A program made the translations under genes and the position numbers. Of a stretch of DNA of 64,000 nucleotides, positions 1-10,516 are shown piece after piece (the stretch's first letter is position 1; every line of letters begins with the position of its first letter). The DNA is from Lingula anatina (Eukaryota > Animalia > Brachiopoda): assembly GCA_051362555.1 (NCBI GenBank), contig CM120645.1:16058001-16122000 (forward strand), written 5' to 3'. A model generated the notes under the pieces. The model had not been told where the DNA came from, did not search any database, and worked only from the letters and a program-made list of their open reading frames with translations.

Positions 1-152
1 GAAGTTTCGCTAAAAATTGATTAGATATAAATAAATCCCTTTTACATACACACTGGAAATTATAATACGATATGGTTATTCATTATTAACCGCTATATAA
101 TTGTCCTATTGTTGTCTTCCTCTGATCTCTATCCCACTTCCAAGGGCAGATT

Positions 153-197
<45 letters not shown>

Positions 198-311
198 GTT
201 AGAAACAATACTTTAAAATTTCAAATTAAACTGTCAAACACAAATGTAATTCAAATTAAATTAATTAATTTTAATTAAACTAGATTACGTTTAGTGAAAT
301 TAAATTTTCAG

Positions 312-720
312 CCACCAGCACGACGGACAACCCCGCCCCTAACGCCTACGACCTCGGCACCACTGTGGGAGAGACGGTCGCCATTTCCATCACAGGACGA
401 CCCAAGACCAGAGAAGGTAATCCCAGGAAAGCCGTCATTACCTCCGCCAAGGAGGTCATGTTTTCACCCCTGTTTGTCTGTTTGTCATCAACATAACTCA
501 AAAACTGATGAACCGATTTTGATGAAATTTTCAGGAACTGTCAGAAGTGGGCCAAGGAATATGATTAGTTTTTGGTGGTGATCCGGACCAATAATCAATC
601 AATAATCAGTAGTAATAAAAAAATCGCTGCCTTGGCGGAGGTCTGCGCTCTCGGAGTGCTCTTCTAGTTATTACTATTATTACCTCCGCCAAGGAGGTTA
701 TGTTTTCACCCCTGTTTGTT

Positions 721-751
<31 letters not shown>

Positions 752-3570
752 TTGTCATCAACATAAGTTATGGATGAATTTTCGTGGAATTTTCAGGGTA
801 GGTCAGATATGGGTTAACTTAGAAGTGATTAGTTTTTGGTGGTGATCTGGATCAATAATCAATCAATAATCAATAATCAGAAATAAAAAAAACAAGTTAT
901 GGACCGATTTTGATGAAATTTTCAGGAACTGGCAGAAGTTGGCCAAGGAAGAGATGATTAGTTTTTGGTGGTGATCCGGATCAGTAATCAATCAATAATC
1001 AATCAATAATCAGTAATCAAAAATAAAAAAAACTAAATCATTATAGAATGAAAATTTAGGGGTGAAACGGCATTGGGTTGAGACTTGCTGCCTTGACGGA
1101 GGTCTGCGCTCTCGGAGTGTTTTCTAGTTATGTTTTTTTTTATTTCCCGTTTCAGTGGATGATGGGCCAGCACCAAATATGTACACACTACCAAATATAA
1201 TCTGTCAATCTCCCACAGCCAAAACACTGGCCTACCGGTGGTTTGAAATAAAAGGTGGGTATTTATGATATGGGGTGAAGGGAATACTCAAGTCGAAAAG
1301 TATCATTTCAAGAAAAATGTTTAAAGATATTTGCTGAGAAGTGGTTATCAAGTGTGATCTTTAATCCTTCTGATCATTGGCTATAGTATAGCAGAATATA
1401 TAAAAATAAGCCCATTCTATGTTAAAACTGATTTCAGTTTGGGGAACTTTAACCTGTACACTGTTTTTTTTTTTTAATGCGTACCTGTATACTTGTTAAA
1501 ACGCACACGCCCAGTGCCTGTTCTCATCTAAATTAACTGGTCACAACAACAGATGATAAAAGAAGCATTTCTTATCTAATTTTATTTTCAATACAGCACA
1601 GTTTTAGGTGAATCACATGCTGACCTGCAGACTGCAGTATTATATAGTCATTGCAGGTTTAGATCATACACTTATATTCAGCTTTGAGAGTCGCCTGATT
1701 ATTGCATTGACCATGACCAATAAAGGCAAAAAATAAGTTTTTCATCAGAGATTGTCATGTGTTTCCTTCTTTTCAAAACAGAGGCACCGCATCCGAGCCC
1801 CGCTCACTATTCTTTGACGGACACCAACCTGAAACGTAGCCCTGCCTACACTTGCGCCAAGAGAACAAGCGGGAACTGTTTTCTTCCGTGTAAGTTTTCA
1901 CGACGGTGTGGGAATGAATTTCAAAATTACTGCATTTGAATATTCATGTACAGAAAGCATGAAAATTTTTAAAAAATCATTATAATGCTGTTTGACTTTA
2001 ATCACTCACAGTACGTGATTTTAACCACATTTTTATTTTAATTCTCTTGTATAGTGACACGCTTTTCACAATAAACCACTTAAAAAATTACGGTGTCTAG
2101 TTATTGTTATCATACTACTGTTATACATATATGTTCAATGAATCAGGAACTTTGTTGACAATGTGAATTTTTACTGTGATTTTTTCCAGATGAACTATTT
2201 GCCCCAGGACCAGGTAGTTACGACCCAAATCTCAAGTATACAGAGTACAAGGCCCCAGCATTTTCTGTGAGAGAAAGAGCCAAGTCTCCTAAACGTAAGT
2301 ATGTCACGATTGTTTTATTTGAGAGAGAGAGAGAGAGAGATGTGGGATGGAACAGCTCGTTTTCAGTGTGAAATGAAAAAAATAAATCTTTTTGACTATT
2401 CCCCCTCAAAATTAGCAAACTATGTGTTTTCATTTCCCCATTTTTTCATCATTATTGAAGTTTAAAACAAACAACACTTTCGGGCAAGTAAAGTTTAAAA
2501 AAAAAAAATAAACAAGTAAAAATTATGGATGAACGAAAAATAAATACCCTACATGTATATGCAACGGACATGACGTTTAGAATATCGAAATTATTTTGCA
2601 CCTTGATTTCAGACCAAGTGCCAGGCCCAGCACATTATAGTATTAAGCTCCTCCACAAACCTGACGCGAAGAAAGCACCAGGGTACACCATGGCCCAGAG
2701 ATTTGAACCTCCCTGTAGTGAGTACTCTTACTTTTCATACGTCATACTCCTCACAGTAGCCTCGTTCTCAATACTGATATAACATTTATAGTAATTAATC
2801 AAAGCTGTGAAATACAGAGGTACTTAGTGTCGAAATAATTTATGATACATTGGGAGCCCTTAATACCATGTTTTGCTTGTACCCGGTACAAAAGTTTTTG
2901 TGGTCGTTGTTTTAGTCTTGCTAACAGGACTGCAAAAGAGACGAAGACCCTTGTTTTGAATCCAAAAATGAATTTTACCGTGTGGCATTTTTGCTGTCTC
3001 TGTATCAAAATGCGAAATGATGACATGACAACATAATTTTATAATAAGGTTATTTAAACGCCTTAAGAGACAAATATGTCTGACTTCTCTTTTAGGCAAG
3101 GTGAGCCCCGGTCCAGCAGCTTACTCTCCAAAGGTCAAGGACGACGGACCCCGTTACAGCATGACAAAGAGGCATCAATTTAATAAGAGTAAGACGTGTT
3201 AAATTAAAACTCTTGTCGCATGCTTTGTATATGTTGCTGATGTGCATGCACATGTTCCAAACACTGCAGACCTACAAATGTAATTGCCCAAATATCTTAT
3301 TTTTCTGGAAATTGAGGACGGATTCATCTATAACGTAAATCAAATATTTTAATCATAAACTTCTGGATAAGAGAAAAACAAAACTTCACACATTTCGAAC
3401 ATTTTCTTCCAGAGTTTGAGACTCCATCCCCGAACGCTTACAGGCCCAAATCCAGCTGGAAATCGCGTAAAGGCAGAGGGTTCGGCCAACCGGTGACACT
3501 GAAGAGTCGGTTCAGTCCGTATGTGTACTCTGGTTTCTGCACCAACCAGCTTCGAGATCCGGTTAACTGA
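312..3570 (+). CDS. ODF3/SHIPPO-1 (CIMAP1)-like PG-rich repeat protein, 3' part; 5' exons lie outside the window
   Basis: Seven GT-AG exons, all phase 1: 312-416, 1156-1254, 1782-1889, 2190-2294, 2613-2717, 3096-3188, 3413-3570 (TGA 3568-3570). They splice in frame and each carries one P-[GAS]-P-x-x-Y repeat (NPAPNAY, GPAPNMY, HPSPAHY, APGPGSY, VPGPAHY, SPGPAAY, TPSPNAY). The protein ends KSRFSPYVYSGF..., like ODF3 C-termini. Confidence 0.88.
438..669 (+). mobile_element. Non-autonomous Helentron-type element (HINE/DINE-1-like), copy 1
   Basis: Subterminal inverted repeat ACCTCCGCCAAGG ... CCTTGGCGGAGGT, short CTGT-type microsatellite, 3' hairpin GCGCTCTCGGAGTGC, CTAG end, TT flanks. Confidence 0.7.
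680..1129 (+). mobile_element. Non-autonomous Helentron-type element (HINE/DINE-1-like), copy 2
   Basis: Same ends as the 438-669 copy, with a longer (CTGT)n tract and two internal ~120-bp core repeats instead of one. Confidence 0.7.
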
Positions 3571-4067
3571 TTATTACGACATTTACTGATGTTTCTTTTC
3601 TGCCTTGCTTTTACGATAACCGGTAGTTTATTTGATTTAAAAAAAAACACAATGCCTTCATCATGCGACTTTGATTTTATTGGAAATGACTATAAAAAGC
3701 TACGTTTTGTTGACTCTGTTTTATATTTGAAACTGTGTTTAGAAATAATCATTTAATGGAAAATATAAGAGTTACATGCAACAGCAAAGCGAAGATTAAG
3801 GCGCAAAACTAAAATCATGACATAACTATAGTTTTTATTTCCTTGAACTGTTAACATGCATGTTCGAAGACGCCCCATTTTATGTACTATTGTTCCGTCT
3901 GTATACAGTGGCAGTAATTTCTTTTAATTGCATATTGATAATTTTGTTCTGCAAGTGCCTTTGTTAACTCTTTTTGAGAGAAAATGTTCTCTGATTATTA
4001 CTAAATAGTACGGTAGAATATATGCTTTGTCAAATAACCTTCTTATGCACAGGTATATATGATTAGC

Positions 4068-4229
4068 CAGGGCCGTAGCCTCCGGGGGGGCAGGGGGACA
4101 GCTGCCCCCCCCTGGGATTTAGAATTTTCCACACTGGTAGGGGGACACCCCCTCCCCCATCAGGGGCTTCGCCCCCTCGTGTCCGCTTACTGCCCCCCCC
4201 CCCGGCATTTTGCTCAGGCTGCGGCCCTG
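4068..4229. mobile_element. Small GC-rich MITE with CAGGG ends and a 5-bp TSD
   Basis: CAGGGCCGTAGCC ... GGCTGCGGCCCTG terminal inverted repeat, flanked on both sides by TTAGC. Confidence 0.75.
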
Positions 4230-4850
4230 TTAGCTGCACGTAAATACTTTAGAGGTGCCCAAATAGTACCTCTTTGTGTCAAAAGGAATGAAAACAACAT
4301 GAAATTACAATGAAAGAAAAAAGGAGTGCTCAGATTGTAAATTTGATACCTTGTGGTGTCACAACTTGTTAGTCATTTCACCACATTTAAGGCAATATTT
4401 TATGCCCTGCTTATCTAAAAACCGGTTTTCACATCTTAAGTGCAACATCTAAGCGACCCCTATGCCTCTAATGCTTGCATTAAGCAGTGCATTCTCCACT
4501 TAAACAAGAAAGCCAACATATGTCAGAGACAAGTGCAGCTACACACATCACTAATAAAACATTATAGTCAATGTATGCAAACTCTGACCATAAATGACTC
4601 CTGTCACCAAGGACAGCGTTGCGGCAAACAATCGGAATTCAGTAATCACTTTACTATAGTAAATGACCCTAACAAAACTGCTGACTTCAATTGATATACC
4701 AAAGGAAAGGGTTAAAAACGGAAAAAATATTTGTGAATTTTCGTATAGGTATTTCCTTAACAAAACAGATACTATGAACAATGTTTTTATGTGCTTTACA
4801 GTATGTCATTTCCTTGAAGCGCAAAGACCGAAATTATAAACATAGTCTAA

Positions 4851-5544
4851 GGCTCTATTCCCATAGATTTTAGAGCGATCTATCCCCGCGGGGAGTCTCA
4901 CTAGATTACTTTCAGATAATCCGACTTAAATGTCCGTCCCGCCTACTACAAGCTGTAAGAGGGTAATTAACTTTGGTGTCCGCCCGGCTGACAGCTATTT
5001 AGCGTGAACCCCCAGGGAGCTAGGTCGATCTAAAGTAGGTCGATCTAATCTATGGAAATGGGGTGTAAGAAGTGTCTTTCTGAAAAAAAAAAATGAACCA
5101 AATAAATTCTTAAATTGAGTATTTTCAAAATATTTGCCACCAAGGTGCATGTCTTTGATTTGTGATCTTCCAATGATTTTCCACCTAAGTGCATCGTCAT
5201 GCATATTTTCAAGTTCTTTCGCAGAAAGGTGTTTTCACTATTTACCTCTATTTTTCCCCAAATATGCCTCATAAGAACAAGCGTTATATACAAAATACAT
5301 GACAAAAAGTGTTATTGAACCTCTATCTATCACCCCATTTCCATAGATTAGATCGACCTACTTTAGATCGACCTAACTCCCTGGGGGTTCACGCTAAATA
5401 GCTGTCAGCCGGGCGGACACGAAAGTTAATACCCCCTTACAGCTTGTAGTAGGCGGGACGGACATTTAAGTCGGATTATCTGAAAGTAATCTAGTGAGAC
5501 TCCCCGCGGGGATAGATCGATCTAAAATCTATGGGAATAGAGCC
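4851..5544. mobile_element. Fold-back MITE with ~214-bp TIRs (PIF/Harbinger-like GGC..GCC ends)
   Basis: 4851-5064 is a near-perfect reverse complement of 5331-5544. Flanks are TAA and TAT, an imperfect 3-bp TSD. Confidence 0.8.
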
Positions 5545-5626
5545 TATGACCCATTTACCGCTTTAAGGCATATACTTGAAAAGGTATAGCGCATTATTGG
5601 GCTAACATTTCCACTCTCCAGGGTGA

Positions 5627-8047
5627 TCATTCAAAACGAAATTTAAAGTTTTCCATTTCTCCATTCTCTTTTTTCTTCATGAGGTACACGTGGTCGATCT
5701 CTGCTTCATCTGACAGCATGGTCCTCCAGGTTCCTTTCAGGTAGTCATTGGAGTGGATGGTTCCCGCTGGGGCGTACACTGTATGACGAACTGGAACCTC
5801 AAAGGCAGTTAAGTGGATTTCATCCTCCCCCGCAAACTTGCCTATGACGAAAACTCCGGCATCTTCGTGCAAGGGGCAGTCCAGATGGGAAAACTGGTGT
5901 ACCTCTATCCCAGGACCGCGGTCTTCAACGTAGTCTTCTAGATACTGGTTCTCGTACGTGAAGTCTTGGATCCCATGCCTGTACAACAGAGACACCTTCA
6001 CCTGCTGTGCATCGGCAAAACTGCATCCATAGTACCGCAGTCGCTCATTTGTAGCCAAATCGACGGCAATGACGTAGTTGAAATCGTCGGGGAAAAGTAG
6101 CTCTCCCGATTTCCCAGGCACACCGCTAGAAACCCAGCGAACACCTTTGACAGCTGTGTACTTGGGAACGATTGGGGGCAGATCACTGAACAGTGCGATG
6201 TCTTTGAGGCTGTATTCCCCGGGAACGATATCCGCAACCATGTTGTCCTTTCCGGTCATCACGGCTTCGCCAGATGCACCAAGTCGGCGGAAACTTGCAA
6301 ACTTTTCCCATCTATCACGAATGTATTCTTCCAATTCTCCGGCGGCTGCCTCGTCATATTCTTCTTTAAGTTCCTTATCCAGGAGGTCGATGACGTCCAC
6401 TTTTGGTGACTGTGTTCCTGAACTCGCTGGTGGTTCCATGTTCACTCCAGACTGTGCAAACAAATTTTCGAAATCTGCAAATGTAATTGTATCACCGTCT
6501 TTTTTATTCAACTTGCTGAACCCAGCCATCAGTTTGTCAAGTCGGGCGTTCCTCTTCTTTTCCCAGTAGTATTCCGTGAATTCTTTGAAATCAAGTGTTC
6601 CAGAACCGTCACGGTCGGCCTCCATGAAAGCAGCTCTTAGAGCAGCTGTTCGTTCACCCGTCTCTTGCTCGTCTAACACATTCCTCATAAAATACTCTTC
6701 AAACTCCTGGAAAGAAATTCGCCCATTTCTGTCCTTGTCTATAGTATTGTAGACCAAGTTGATTTCTTTCTCTGTCAGGGTAAGACCAAGACCTTTGAGG
6801 AAAGTGGAAAACTCTGTGGGATCGATCCACCCATTTCCATTGGTATCCACTTTCATGAACACGGCTTTAAGCTTATCTTCACCCTTCTTTAGCACGTGTT
6901 CTGGGACTTCGTAATTCTTTTTAGCGAATTGCCACCCCGTGCGCCTTGAAAGTGGTTGATCTTTTACAGTCGGGTTAACCTGGCCGTTTACCATATCTTT
7001 TGTTGTAGCTTCAAGCACATCTGCCCGTATGTCAATGTCAATATCGGACGCAGATACGGGGCTAGTATTCTTCGCCACCTCTCGCCTGCGTTGCCGTTCC
7101 TTCAGCATCTTTTGCACTGGGGTAATGTTGATTTTGTAACTGTCCATCACTTCTTCAAGGCAATGAAACCAGTCGGGACCTTCTCCGTCGGTTTCCCCAA
7201 ACTCGTAAATTGCCGAATCATCTGTAATCATAAAGCATCCAGACAGCTTCTTGAAGAAGCTTCGGTAATCGGGCACAGTTTCCATCATCAAGTTCTTATC
7301 AATCAAAATCTGACCCTTCTTGAAGCTCCTCCCTTTTTCAACCGGTGGTTTTTCGTAAAATTCGAGACGATCGGGTTTCAGGATGAGCCATATCTTGGAC
7401 CAGTTTGTCCAGTTTCCTATTCCAGAGCAGTTTTTCGAACGCTTGTTGATCCACCCAGATTTCATGACCTCTTCAACCAACCATTCATGTATGTGTTTGA
7501 TACACATATGAACAGAAGCCAGAGGAGCCACGTGAAAGAAAACTCTTTCCAACGTATCCACGACCTCCTGGAACGTAGACCCCGTGGTCTTGAAATCACA
7601 CTGTATGGTTTTCCAGTTCTTGTTGAGTTCAGACGCGACTTTTTCGCAGAGCCACTGACTTTCATCCTGACAAACAACTGGAGGATAGCTACCCTGGTCG
7701 GACAAGCGGTTCACGATTTGCCAGAGACAAAAAAGATCAGATTCTTCTAACTTACTTTTATATGCCTTCTTGGACAATTGCCAGCATGCTCTCTCTATGT
7801 CGTTGAAAAGTACGCCTATGGGAACCCCCTCGTTCAGTAGTGATTTACAAACAAAAGTTTTATAGGTGTCGAAGGAGATGGAGTCCCCTTGAAAGGTCTC
7901 ATCAAACTTGTGTTCGGAATAATGCGTCGACTCAAGAATGGCAAACTCGGCAGTGATTTTCTTTAAATTCTCCCGGAGAAGCGATTTTGAACCTTGGTTC
8001 AAAGCATAGGCGGCTTGCCACACGCATACCAATTGTTCTCCGGGCAT
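5627..8047 (-). CDS. 806-aa fusion: SWAP-70/DEF6-like N-terminal domain + PH domain + EF-hands + C-terminal cupin (ureidoglycolate-lyase-like)
   Basis: Uninterrupted ORF. IERACWQLSKK...DLFCLWQIVNRLSDQGSYPPVV parallels the SWAP-70 N-terminus. VMKSGWINKR...WSKIWLILKPDRLEFYE is a PH start. EF loops DTNGNGWIDPTE, DKDRNGRISFQE, DRDGSGTLDFKE, plus a degenerate fourth. C-terminal IEVHQFSHLDCPL and LTAFEVPVRHTVYAPAGTIHSN. A splice acceptor (TTTATTTTAG) lies 4 nt upstream of the ATG. Confidence 0.88.
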   Translation of the reverse strand: MPGEQLVCVWQAAYALNQGSKSLLRENLKKITAEFAILESTHYSEHKFDETFQGDSISFDTYKTFVCKSLLNEGVPIGVLFNDIERACWQLSKKAYKSKLEESDLFCLWQIVNRLSDQGSYPPVVCQDESQWLCEKVASELNKNWKTIQCDFKTTGSTFQEVVDTLERVFFHVAPLASVHMCIKHIHEWLVEEVMKSGWINKRSKNCSGIGNWTNWSKIWLILKPDRLEFYEKPPVEKGRSFKKGQILIDKNLMMETVPDYRSFFKKLSGCFMITDDSAIYEFGETDGEGPDWFHCLEEVMDSYKINITPVQKMLKERQRRREVAKNTSPVSASDIDIDIRADVLEATTKDMVNGQVNPTVKDQPLSRRTGWQFAKKNYEVPEHVLKKGEDKLKAVFMKVDTNGNGWIDPTEFSTFLKGLGLTLTEKEINLVYNTIDKDRNGRISFQEFEEYFMRNVLDEQETGERTAALRAAFMEADRDGSGTLDFKEFTEYYWEKKRNARLDKLMAGFSKLNKKDGDTITFADFENLFAQSGVNMEPPASSGTQSPKVDVIDLLDKELKEEYDEAAAGELEEYIRDRWEKFASFRRLGASGEAVMTGKDNMVADIVPGEYSLKDIALFSDLPPIVPKYTAVKGVRWVSSGVPGKSGELLFPDDFNYVIAVDLATNERLRYYGCSFADAQQVKVSLLYRHGIQDFTYENQYLEDYVEDRGPGIEVHQFSHLDCPLHEDAGVFVIGKFAGEDEIHLTAFEVPVRHTVYAPAGTIHSNDYLKGTWRTMLSDEAEIDHVYLMKKKENGEMENFKFRFE

Positions 8048-8487
8048 TATTCTAAAATAAAGAGAAAAATATTGCGAAAATGTATTGTATTGTCAACCGT
8101 GTATGAAGTTACAAGTTAAAGTCGTCAGTGTTTCGTCTCTACAAAATCACTACCCCCACCTCACTTTCGAAATTGGACATTTATGCACTAAAAACTAATT
8201 TTCCTCATTTAACAACGGGGCGCAATGTTAATAATGAAGCTTGCTTCACATTAACCGCAATATGAACAGACACCGCAAGTATGATATTTAAAACATTATA
8301 AACATGTAGTTCGATATTACATCGCAATACACCCGTGAGTAGTCAGTGTAAGTCGCTTGAACGCACAGACACGGTTGCAGACAGAAGAGAGGAGTGCCCC
8401 TCTTATAAAAGAAATGCACGTGCAGTTATGATTTGAAGTGCCGGTCGTCGGATACTTGAACTCTACTAATGATGCTATTTGTATTGA

Positions 8488-8488
<1 letters not shown>

Positions 8489-8529
<41 letters not shown>
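8489..8529. repeat. (GT)n microsatellite
   Basis: Directly visible dinucleotide run. Confidence 0.95.
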
Positions 8530-8534
<5 letters not shown>

Positions 8535-8835
8535 TAGTTGTGTCTGCGCAAGCTATTTTGTTATGTGTACGTGCGTGCATGTCGTTTTTGTACATTTGAA
8601 TTGGGTGACTATATTTATCGCTGAGGCATGTCGTTGTATACATGTATGTTGTGCCACGGTGCATTTCTCGTATACCACAACACGATTCAGTTTTCTCTTC
8701 ATAAAGATCCCCTTTCAATGATATCTCAGCTAAGTAGCCTCTTAATCCCCCTACGTTTTAAAATTTGTCGTTATGCTGTGTAAATTCCTTTGTTAAGTCT
8801 ACTGTAATAAGCCACATAAAACACTGTTCGCCTAC

Positions 8836-8940
8836 CTCGAGCAACAAGACGGAAAGGCCCCGTGTATCCTTCTTCTTTGCGTCTAGGTGTGAGCTACACA
8901 GACAGGCCGGTTCAACTTGTTCCGCACTAAGCAGACTTAG
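8836..8940 (-). other. Candidate non-coding 5' exon of the 806-aa gene
   Basis: Donor-like GAG|GTAGG at 8836/8835 could pair with the acceptor at 8053/8052. The 5' boundary is a guess. Confidence 0.3.
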
Positions 8941-9456
8941 CTAGGAAGGAGAATAAAGAACATATATAACAAGTGAACTATCCTGTGTAAATGGCCTCAT
9001 TGAAGGGACAGAAGTAGCTACCTTGTAATAACAATGAATGAAAAAATAGGTTAAGTCAGGTCACTGAGGTGTGGTGTAAAGTTTAACTCGCGTTCCTCTG
9101 ATGGGATGGGATTCAATCTTATAATGTGTTCTCGTCCTAATAAAAAGTCGTTCTGTTTAAACGTTTCGAAGCACAGCTGAACTAGTGACGGTTATACTTT
9201 CAAAATGCGACTCCAAACGGTTTCACACACAGTAATTAGGGGCCATATTAATTCTGCAGCTGTAAAAACTTATAGACATTTTGTCTGCTTTCTCTACACA
9301 ATTTATCGCTGCTCCGTGGTGCGTAAAACTTTGTCATTTGGGTGACATACACTCACACACACAATCACGCGGACTTCTGCCTTTTTACACACTTGGAAAT
9401 AAAAAAAATAGCGACTGTTAAAACAACTCCTTTTAATTTCTGTGCGTTGTTTCCCC

Positions 9457-9457
<1 letters not shown>

Positions 9458-9507
<50 letters not shown>

Positions 9508-9508
9508 T
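9458..9508. repeat. (TTTA)n microsatellite
   Basis: Directly visible tetranucleotide run. Confidence 0.95.
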
Positions 9509-10516
9509 TCTATTTTTGCGTTTTGAAACAGGGTTCATACATTCATAAGGAACGCGATATTCCCATCAAGAAAAAACGGAGCACATAGTCACCTTTTACG
9601 TTTTTCTTTCAGACAACGAACAGACTATATTTAGTTGGCGGAGCAGTCACTAATCAGATCATCTAAACTGAATGGGGCCTAGAATTTCTTGTAGCACTCT
9701 GTAGATATCAGATTATTATGAATAATCAACGATGCAATAAGACGACATAAAAAGATACAAAAGGCCCCATGACTCCACCGTTCAGCTGGCAAAAATACCG
9801 AACACCGCTACCCGTGCATAGGTTTTATTCAAAGAATACTTTTTTCCGTTAATGGATATATATAACAATGAGTTATGTTCATTTCTCATTTTTCACTAAA
9901 TCCATCGGTCTGAAGTCATGCCATTAACCATTCTTAAATTACATCACAGCGTATTCACTCTGGGCTCCCTGGGAGATATTTCTCCTTTTATAACCTTTTT
10001 TGTTAAGAATCTATTAATCAGACCGGAGCGTACGTGCATAACGTTACGTATCCTTTCTCAGGTTATACATACTTTTTGATAATGGGCTCTGCGTTACGTG
10101 GAGGGGTTACAATATTGGGGAAGTAAAGGACACGCGTAGGCCCCTATATGCATCTGGTTCTGCTTTTATTGCCGACTGGAATGAGCAGGGCTCAGTGAAT
10201 TACTTGTACCGTTAACTTTCTCGATGTTGTTGCCCTTGAGCTGCGTGCTACAATAAACTGCAAAACGTTTTTTTATCTAACAAAATTGTGAAATTACGGT
10301 GTCTTACATGGAGCTCCAAAGTATGGAATGCATCTAATTTTTTTGCTGCATATACATCATTAACATGGGTTGGAAAATTGCCTCTTTATTTCTATTCCGT
10401 GAAATTGTCCTGTTTCCAAAGGAGTCAGTGTGTAAAATAACCTATGCCAGGGAGTGGCCTAGAATAATCATTTAACTACTTGTCCTACTAATTCAATTAT
10501 TGCAGTAAATATGCAA

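Noticed and set aside
154-196. Poly-A run as a retrocopy tail
   Set aside because: No identifiable element body or TSD upstream; treated as a simple intronic homopolymer.
6078-7750. Plus-strand ORFs of 163 and 264 aa
   Set aside because: They are antisense shadows of the 806-aa CDS with no recognisable motifs.
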